The notes under the pieces: model-generated
Told to the model about the DNA's origin: nothing
What the model saw: the letters and a program-made list of their open reading frames with translations, nothing else
Databases searched by the model: none
Translations under genes and position numbers: made by a program
NCBI GenBank assembly: GCA_963735155.1
Contig: CAVTJU010000001.1
Location: 216,223 to 248,222 of the forward strand
DNA: 32,000 bases
Source: an uncultured Fibrobacteraceae bacterium
GTDB lineage: Bacteria; Fibrobacterota; Chitinivibrionia; Chitinivibrionales; Chitinispirillaceae
Direction: 5' to 3'
Shown: piece by piece, positions 25,483 through 32,000 of the stretch
Layout of the letters: each line of letters opens with the position of its first letter
Numbering within the stretch: position 1 is the first letter of the stretch

Positions 25483-27429
25483 TTAACCAGTAATATTACA
25501 TAACAAATTTATAGATTCGTAAAATCGATCAGAATTCAAAGGTACTATCTGGAATGTATTATCAAGACCGGTAGGATCGAGTTTTCGAAGAGCCACATTA
25601 TCTTTACTTGAAAAGATGATAATCGGAATTTCCGGACTGCTTTTCCTGAGAGCCGAAATCGAATCTGTTTCATTTGAAAAGGGAAGGTTATAATCAAGTA
25701 GAAACAATGAAATGGAGCTTTTATTCGGAATAATCCAGTCGATTGCAGACTTGAGGTCATGGTGAACCTGTGATGCGATTTCATAAGAGGAAAATTTTGA
25801 AGAAAGATCATTTGAAATACTATTTTCAGCGGAAATTATCTGAATTTTTTTATGTAAACGTTTTTTTGTTTCAGGTATTACGGTATTCTGGTTGATTATC
25901 GGAATCAAGATGATAAACGTTGTACCCTGTCCTGGTATACTTTGTACATCGATTTTCCCATGGAGATTTTTGATACAGTACAGAACACTTGTAAGACCAA
26001 GTCCTGTTCCCTTTCCTCGTTCTTTAGTTGTAAATAGAGGGTCGTAAATTTTTGAAAGTATCTCTTTTGTCATACCGGTGCCGGTATCAGTAACAGCTAT
26101 TCTTAACATATCAATACTTTCATCTCTAATATTACTTGTGGCAAAAATGAGTTTACCACCTGAAGGCATTGCATCACGGGCATTAATTCCAAGGTTCAAA
26201 AATGCATTTTGCAGTTGTCCTTCATCACCAAGTATATGAGAGTTTTCTGCTTTCAAGTCAAGGCTAATAGTAATATTTTTACAATTTGGTCTAAGTAAAG
26301 TCTCAGAGTCTGAAAGTATTTTGTGAATGTCAATATCAACCAATTCATCTTTATCTTTTCTAACGAAAGTTGTGACCCTCTTTGTAATTGATTGGCCCAT
26401 AGAAATTATTTCAGTAATTTTTGATAGGTATTCTGACTCTTTAGTCCCAGGCTGGACCTGATATCCAAATAACGTAGTATACCCATTCAAAGCGGAAAGA
26501 ATATTGTTGAAATCATGAGCAATTCCACTGGCAAGTAAACCGATGGACTCCATTTTCTGTGCAGTTATCATTTGTTTTTCCAACTTGTTCCGTTCTTCTT
26601 CTGCCCTTTTTCTTTCAGTAATATCTCTGCAAATGGCAAGTATCTGTGGTGAAGAGTCCATTGTAATTGTACAAGCATTGACTTCTACCGGTATTGACAG
26701 ACCGCTATGGTGTTTATGGAGCGATTCATAGATGACACGGGATTGTAGTGGAAAAGTTCTAAGATACTGAAAGAAATGTTCGACCTCAGATTCGATGAAA
26801 AGATCACTCATATTCATTTGAAGAAGTTGTTCACGACTGTATCCAAGGTAACAGACAGCCTGCTGATTGACATCGATTAATTTACCTTGTAGATCGTGAA
26901 TGAATATTGCATCACCAGCTGACTCAAAAAGAGTTTTAAAACGTTGTGTACTTTTCACCAGTTCATCAGTTCTATTGATGACCTCTTCCTCAAGGTGCTC
27001 CTTATATTTTTTATTTTCATTGAGCAAATATTTACGTTCAAGAACCCGTGTTACAGCCATTTCAAGGACACTGTAATCATGGATTGGTTTTAAAATGTAA
27101 TCCCAGGCACCAAATTTCAATGACTGAACAACATCGTTTAGTGAACCTGTTCCAGAAATAACGATAACTGGTTTGTCAGGAAAATCTTTTTGTAAAGCGG
27201 AAAGTACATCCAGGCCGTTCATTTCCGGCATGCGAAGATCTGTCAAAATGAGATCTGGATTCTCCTTGCGGCAAATATCAATACCCATTTTACCGTTTGA
27301 TGCCTGCAATGTTTTAAAGCCGATATCTTCGAGGAAATCACAAACAAATTCACGTATTAGAACTTCATCTTCGATTGCAAGAATTCGAATTTTACTTCTG
27401 TTTTCTGGAATGTCAAATTGCATAGCCAT
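25483..27429 (-). CDS. cytoplasmic hybrid histidine kinase: REC, PAS, HisKA, HATPase, degenerate C-terminal REC
   Basis: N-terminal receiver (ILAIEDE, ILTDLRMPEMNG, ILKP), a PAS segment, H-box GIAHDFNNILSAL and HATPase (DTGTGM, GTGLGLTSV). The C-terminal ~123 aa are receiver-like but lack the acidic pair and the conserved Lys. GGAG SD before ATG 27429. Confidence 0.9.
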   Translation of the reverse strand: MAMQFDIPENRSKIRILAIEDEVLIREFVCDFLEDIGFKTLQASNGKMGIDICRKENPDLILTDLRMPEMNGLDVLSALQKDFPDKPVIVISGTGSLNDVVQSLKFGAWDYILKPIHDYSVLEMAVTRVLERKYLLNENKKYKEHLEEEVINRTDELVKSTQRFKTLFESAGDAIFIHDLQGKLIDVNQQAVCYLGYSREQLLQMNMSDLFIESEVEHFFQYLRTFPLQSRVIYESLHKHHSGLSIPVEVNACTITMDSSPQILAICRDITERKRAEEERNKLEKQMITAQKMESIGLLASGIAHDFNNILSALNGYTTLFGYQVQPGTKESEYLSKITEIISMGQSITKRVTTFVRKDKDELVDIDIHKILSDSETLLRPNCKNITISLDLKAENSHILGDEGQLQNAFLNLGINARDAMPSGGKLIFATSNIRDESIDMLRIAVTDTGTGMTKEILSKIYDPLFTTKERGKGTGLGLTSVLYCIKNLHGKIDVQSIPGQGTTFIILIPIINQNTVIPETKKRLHKKIQIISAENSISNDLSSKFSSYEIASQVHHDLKSAIDWIIPNKSSISLFLLDYNLPFSNETDSISALRKSSPEIPIIIFSSKDNVALRKLDPTGLDNTFQIVPLNSDRFYESINLLCNITG

Positions 27430-27449
27430 TTAGCTCCAAATAATAATTA

Positions 27450-30119
27450 CTAAAAAGATTTTGCGATGTTTAAAGCAAACGTTCTTTGATCAGTTGAATA
27501 TAAAGCCTTTTGTCCAGGATCGGCCATCTGCTGCCAGCGTATAGTATTTATTGTCAAATTCATGGTATTTTTATCTTTCGGCCGATCGAGGCCGAGAACG
27601 TCATAAGCTAAAAGTGAAATCTCAAAACCGGAAGGGAGATAAAAATGAGCGCTGATATTCACTTTTTTGGATACACTTTTCTTAAAGTAATCAACCCACC
27701 CAAGATCATCTTTGCTTTTATTAATATTCCAGTAGTTAAAGCCTGTATCTTTACTATAAATATCATCACGTCCTGGAAGTCCCCAAAATAGCCGAAGATT
27801 CGTATGGAAAGCGAGCCATTTCGCTGGAGAAATTGTCAAGTATAACTTTGTAATATTAGTATTTAAATTTAGAAAATTTTCTCCATCAGCAGTCACAGCA
27901 TCCTTTACAATATTGATTGGAATGGTATCATAAACAGAGTAAGAAACAACCGGGAAATATTTCCAGCGATTTACTTTTGTATCGAAGGTGGAGTCATACC
28001 AGCCATCTTTATCACTATTAACTTTTGGTCTGATAAAATAACCCTGTTGTTCTTTTACATTTACATCAACTGGGCGCTGAAAAGTATGATTTATCCCGAA
28101 TCTAAAGTGCTTTAAATCAAATTTTGAATCCAGATCAAGATTAATGTATTTGTATTCGCCTATGTTAACTACACGGAATAAAGTCTGTGACCAGCTGAAT
28201 AAATCAGTAACATGCCCATAGGTAAAGGAAGGCATAAAGGTCAGGTAATTTCCGAATTTATGTGTAGATGTTATTTCTGCAGAACGAACCTTTTCAGGTT
28301 TAAGTTGATGAAGTTCCTCAATAGGAGGAAAAACTGGCAATATGGGAGTTGTTGGTCCTGGTTGTTCATAAGGCCGGTCAAATGAAAGTTCGGTTTTGAC
28401 CTGGCCTGCATCATCAAAATGATACCGGTTATATTCATAGTTATCTGCGCTTCCATTATTTGATGATGTCTGGTAAATAATTTTAACCGAATGTGAACTA
28501 TTCGGACTATATACTAAAGCGAGTTTGGGGTTGGCCATAAAAGCTCGTGTGTGGAAGTCAAGTCTTCCGCCAATATGAGCTCCAATCTTATCGGTAATAT
28601 CACAAAAACCCTCTGAAAATAAAGTAAATGTATTGTAATCAATTTCACTTATTACCGGGTGTTGTGCTATCTCACTTTTAAAATTCTTCCCGGTTAAATC
28701 TTCGCCAATCCGGTCCAGACGGTATTCCAGACCAGTTGCTAATTGGAGCCTTGGAATTGATTTTAGCAAATACATTGCGCTAAAAGTATATCGTTTTTCT
28801 CCAAAAGTTTCGTCTATATAGTCCGGGTTTCGCGCAGCATGAGGGGAATCCCAGTAATTAACTTTTTTACCAGTGCTGTCGATTACATCATGAAGTTCAG
28901 ACTCGTTTTTGTATCTTTCGCGGGCCTCAGTTCCAATACGTGTAGTGTTGGCATCAAAGCCCAATCCCATTTTTAATTCGTTTGTCCCGATTGGATACAT
29001 ATAGTTTACTTGGGCCATTATGTTATCAACCAGATATTGTCGAAGATTTGTTCCATTGGATTCTCCTGCAGATGACCAGAATGGGTCATTGTACCTGACC
29101 ATTTCTCCATCAACAAGACCATTACCTCTGAGAGAATCAGTTGGCAAATTATTTTTCAGTTCAGGCCAGGGGTCGATAATAAATAGACCTCCAGCATTTT
29201 CCTTTTGTCTTGTTACTCTAAAATAAAAATCAAGATTATTCAGACTGTAGTTGGCTGCTATTTTCCAGTTTCCATCAGTAGAACCGAAGTTACCATCCGA
29301 AGGAAGGCCATCTTTATTAAGAACATCACTGCTTAACCAGTTTGGATATGGCCACTGGTCAAGCCCATATACTCTTGATTGATGAGTCGGTAGTCCATCA
29401 GATTTTCTAAATCCTGCAAAAAAGGAAAAATTCTGATTTTCACCTATTTTTGAGTGAAAAGATGCCTCAATTTCCTGAGAATTGTTCATTCCTATAGACG
29501 TATATATTTCTGATTTGTTATCATCTGCTTTTTTAGTAACTATATTTATAATTCCGGCTATTGCACCCGATCCATATACAAGACCCGCCGGACCGCGCAA
29601 TACCTCAACTCGTTCTATATCATTAAGTAATCCGAGGACAGTCTCGCTCATAAAACCATCACGAGCCTGTGTATTTAGCTTGTGTCCATTGACAAGATAT
29701 ATCAGCTTACAATTGCGGTCACTTGTTACTCCGCGCAATCCCCACAAGGTACCATACCATTTATTGAACATATATTGAAAGCCAGGCACGTAAATTTCAA
29801 GGAGTTCAGATATATTGCGGGCTCCCGAAATCTTTATCATATCTTTTGTAATTATGGTCATACTCATCGGGGATTTCGCAAGATCAAGGTCAAGGAAAGA
29901 TCCGGAGCTTAGGTCGATATTGAATAATGAATCGAGATATTGAATATCTTCTGTCGATGGGTCCCCGGATGAATCGGTGATAATTCCGACTGCAAGCGAT
30001 TGTTGTACAATAGAAATAGTAATAATTATCAGAAGGAAAAAAAACTCGATTCTTTTCCTTATTTCCTGTAAAGACAATGCTTTAGCCATAGAGAATAATA
30101 GATCTTCTTTTTTTCTCAT
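27450..30119 (-). CDS. TonB-dependent receptor-like outer-membrane beta-barrel
   Basis: Signal/anchor segment, then plug-domain motifs (MTIITKDMIKISGARNISELLEIYVPG, IERVEVLRGPAGLVYGSGAIAGIINIVTKK). A long beta-rich region follows, with a C-terminal ...NIAKSF aromatic terminus. Confidence 0.8.
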   Translation of the reverse strand: MRKKEDLLFSMAKALSLQEIRKRIEFFFLLIIITISIVQQSLAVGIITDSSGDPSTEDIQYLDSLFNIDLSSGSFLDLDLAKSPMSMTIITKDMIKISGARNISELLEIYVPGFQYMFNKWYGTLWGLRGVTSDRNCKLIYLVNGHKLNTQARDGFMSETVLGLLNDIERVEVLRGPAGLVYGSGAIAGIINIVTKKADDNKSEIYTSIGMNNSQEIEASFHSKIGENQNFSFFAGFRKSDGLPTHQSRVYGLDQWPYPNWLSSDVLNKDGLPSDGNFGSTDGNWKIAANYSLNNLDFYFRVTRQKENAGGLFIIDPWPELKNNLPTDSLRGNGLVDGEMVRYNDPFWSSAGESNGTNLRQYLVDNIMAQVNYMYPIGTNELKMGLGFDANTTRIGTEARERYKNESELHDVIDSTGKKVNYWDSPHAARNPDYIDETFGEKRYTFSAMYLLKSIPRLQLATGLEYRLDRIGEDLTGKNFKSEIAQHPVISEIDYNTFTLFSEGFCDITDKIGAHIGGRLDFHTRAFMANPKLALVYSPNSSHSVKIIYQTSSNNGSADNYEYNRYHFDDAGQVKTELSFDRPYEQPGPTTPILPVFPPIEELHQLKPEKVRSAEITSTHKFGNYLTFMPSFTYGHVTDLFSWSQTLFRVVNIGEYKYINLDLDSKFDLKHFRFGINHTFQRPVDVNVKEQQGYFIRPKVNSDKDGWYDSTFDTKVNRWKYFPVVSYSVYDTIPINIVKDAVTADGENFLNLNTNITKLYLTISPAKWLAFHTNLRLFWGLPGRDDIYSKDTGFNYWNINKSKDDLGWVDYFKKSVSKKVNISAHFYLPSGFEISLLAYDVLGLDRPKDKNTMNLTINTIRWQQMADPGQKALYSTDQRTFALNIAKSF

Positions 30120-30340
30120 CTTTCATTCCTATATTTGTGAGTGAATTGCGGGTTATACTTTTTGGAATAAAAATGTTAACCATAAATACAGCTAACAGGT
30201 AATTGTAACTATTTTTCTTTTTTAAGTCAAGTTTAAGAAACTGGTAATAAAAGGGCTTCCTGAATAAATAGTTCAAATCGGAATTTCCTGTGTTTGTTAT
30301 TGTTAATTGTAACTATTTTGATCATCCATCATTTTGAGAG

Positions 30341-30586
30341 GTGAAATCCGGGAATATATATGATCATATTACTATGATAGTGATTGTCTTGACTTCCAAT
30401 ACAGTTGGCTGGATTCTGATAAAATCCACTATCACCAGGATTTCTGCTTATCAAGGGAGCTTGCTTTTGTTAATGCAGGCTGTACTTACTACTATATGGG
30501 CAGGATTATTTTATTCTGAGGCATTTACTATGGTACAGCATATCGGTGGCGTTTTAGTACTGGGAGGAATTCCTCTTATCAATTAA
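30341..30586 (+). pseudogene. EamA/DMT-like transporter C-terminal fragment (possible relic)
   Basis: 81-codon ORF from GTG, bounded by an upstream in-frame TGA. The sequence ...ISAYQGSLLLLMQAVLTTIWAGLFYSEAFTMVQHIGGVLVLGGIPLIN resembles the last three helices of an EamA domain, so it is far shorter than a full DMT protein. Confidence 0.35.
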
Positions 30587-30685
30587 ATATGGAATTAGGT
30601 AAACCAAATTTCCGCAATGAATAGCAGACTAAACCAGATGAACAAAATAGTTGAGAAATTCCTCCCAACTATTTTGTTTGAGAAA

Positions 30686-32000
30686 TCATGTATTTCTTAC
30701 TTCTAATTGACTGATAAGTACTTTTCGAAAATGGAATCCAGAGATAGATAAAGAGATTGCTTCCGGCAAAAGATTCGGGTGACGAAGAGCAGTCCAGATG
30801 CAAAGTTTCCAGAAGTGCCGTTTGCCTTTTTCTCTGATTCCAAGTTTCCAGATGGCAGTAGATAATGCTCGTAGAGTAGTGGTTAAAGGGAGACTTTGAT
30901 TTTTTGAATATTTTTTATATTCCCGTAAATAGGTTTTTACTCTATCATAAAAATTCTTAGGCGCAAAAATTGAGCTTAGAACCTTTTTATATCCTGTAAT
31001 CAGCGTATCTTTATTCATTTTCGGAACAAAATTAATTGTAAAATCGGTATTATTTCCGGTCGGGTTTTTAACGATTCTGCCAGCCTCATGCAGTCTTTTG
31101 AACAGTTGTGTTTCCGGTAGAGCTGTAAGTAAACCGACCATTGCGGTAACAATTCCACTTGATTGAATGAACTTGATCATATTATCAAAAGTTTTGGGAG
31201 TATCAGTATCAAAACCGACAATGAATCCAGCTTGAACTTCAAAGCCGTTGTTCTGGAGAATTTTAATTTTATCGCCGAGATTTTTATTGGTATTTTGCAG
31301 CTTTCCACAAGATATCAGACTTTCCTCTTCAGGTGTTTCAATCCCCACAAAAACACAATTGAAATTAGCTTCTCTCATGAGATGCATTATTTCAGGATCA
31401 TCTGTTAAATTGATCGACACTTCGGTATATAAAGTAAACGGCTTGTTTTTTTCTTTCATCCACAGGCAGACACGTTTTAAAATTTCCTTAACTTTGACTT
31501 TATTTCCAATAAAGTTGTCGTCGACAATAAAGAGATTTCCCCGCCACCCTGCATTGTATAGAGCATCGAATTCTTTAATTACCTGTTCTGGCGATTTGAC
31601 ACGCGGTATTCTGCCGTTGATGACTATAATATCACAAAATTCACAATTAAAAGGACATCCACGTGATATCTGTAACGCCATCGAAGCGTAATTTTTCATA
31701 TTTATTAAGGACCAGTCAGGGATCGGGGTCAAGGTAACATCAGGTTTTTCCTTCGAAGAGTAAATGCGTTTCAGTGTTCCTTTCTCCAAATCATCGAGAA
31801 ATTGCGGGATTGTAATTTCACCTTCATTAAGAACGAAACAATCAACATTTTCGAATTCATTATGACCAGTCGTAAATAGCGGTCCTCCGGCAACGATAAA
31901 TTTATTGAAAGCTTTCGCTCTGGATATCACCTCCATAGCTGACTTTTTCTGTATAATCATGCCGCTGATTAAGACCTTATCAGCCCACTCAATATCTTTA
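30686..32000 (-). CDS. B12-binding-domain radical SAM protein (partial; N-terminus beyond window end)
   Basis: Radical SAM cluster motif SRGCPFNCEFCD, an upstream cobalamin-binding-domain-like segment (FIVAGGPLFT), and a C-terminal region typical of the B12-rSAM/DUF4070 class. The frame stays open from 31960 to nt 32000 (KDIEWADKVLISG-MIIQ...), so the true start lies outside the window. Confidence 0.85.
   Translation of the reverse strand, partial: KDIEWADKVLISGMIIQKKSAMEVISRAKAFNKFIVAGGPLFTTGHNEFENVDCFVLNEGEITIPQFLDDLEKGTLKRIYSSKEKPDVTLTPIPDWSLINMKNYASMALQISRGCPFNCEFCDIIVINGRIPRVKSPEQVIKEFDALYNAGWRGNLFIVDDNFIGNKVKVKEILKRVCLWMKEKNKPFTLYTEVSINLTDDPEIMHLMREANFNCVFVGIETPEEESLISCGKLQNTNKNLGDKIKILQNNGFEVQAGFIVGFDTDTPKTFDNMIKFIQSSGIVTAMVGLLTALPETQLFKRLHEAGRIVKNPTGNNTDFTINFVPKMNKDTLITGYKKVLSSIFAPKNFYDRVKTYLREYKKYSKNQSLPLTTTLRALSTAIWKLGIREKGKRHFWKLCIWTALRHPNLLPEAISLSISGFHFRKVLISQLEVRNT

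Noticed and set aside
30686-32000. Possible functional link between the B12-binding radical SAM gene and the corrinoid protein HgcA.
   Set aside because: The gene is 10 kb away on the opposite strand, separated by an unrelated signalling locus. B12-rSAM genes are common in anaerobes. There is no sequence-level reason to connect the two.
1-32000. Scan for CRISPR repeats, tRNA/rRNA-like segments, IS terminal inverted repeats, and transposase or integrase genes.
   Set aside because: I found no regularly spaced direct repeats, no cloverleaf-like GC-rich 75-90-nt segments, and no transposase or integrase-like ORFs in any frame of the track.

Overview
Densely coding 32-kb window from a low-GC bacterium. 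It is probably diderm (a TonB-dependent receptor is present) and probably anaerobic (hgcAB is present). I saw no rRNA, tRNA, CRISPR array or recognisable IS/transposase. Content, left to right: (1) a DUF2132-like small gene; (2) a minus-strand operon of pseudo-receiver/coiled-coil protein, Fe-alcohol dehydrogenase and cytoplasmic PAS histidine kinase; (3) a lipoprotein gene; (4) two CrtI/CrtN-family desaturases flanking an ALDH3-like aldehyde dehydrogenase, resembling a C30 apocarotenoid acid module, with the first desaturase frameshifted at its N-terminus; (5) a 942-aa protein with no signal peptide and six C-terminal propeller-like repeats, divergent from canonical lon; (6) two decayed gene relics (an ArsP-type permease 3' fragment and an AhpD/CMD-like gene) behind a near-consensus promoter/operator; (7) the main signal, a tightly coupled arsR-arsC-hgcA-hgcB-acr3 operon, which nests the mercury-methylation pair inside an arsenic-resistance operon with no arsM; (8) REC-HD-GYP and REC-Hpt genes convergent with a four-gene operon of TonB-dependent receptor, REC-PAS hybrid kinase, YfiR-like DUF4154 protein and CHASE8-like/HAMP/PAS kinase; (9) an EamA-like fragment and a partial B12-binding radical SAM gene. 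All family calls rest on motif recognition by eye, because no searches could be run.
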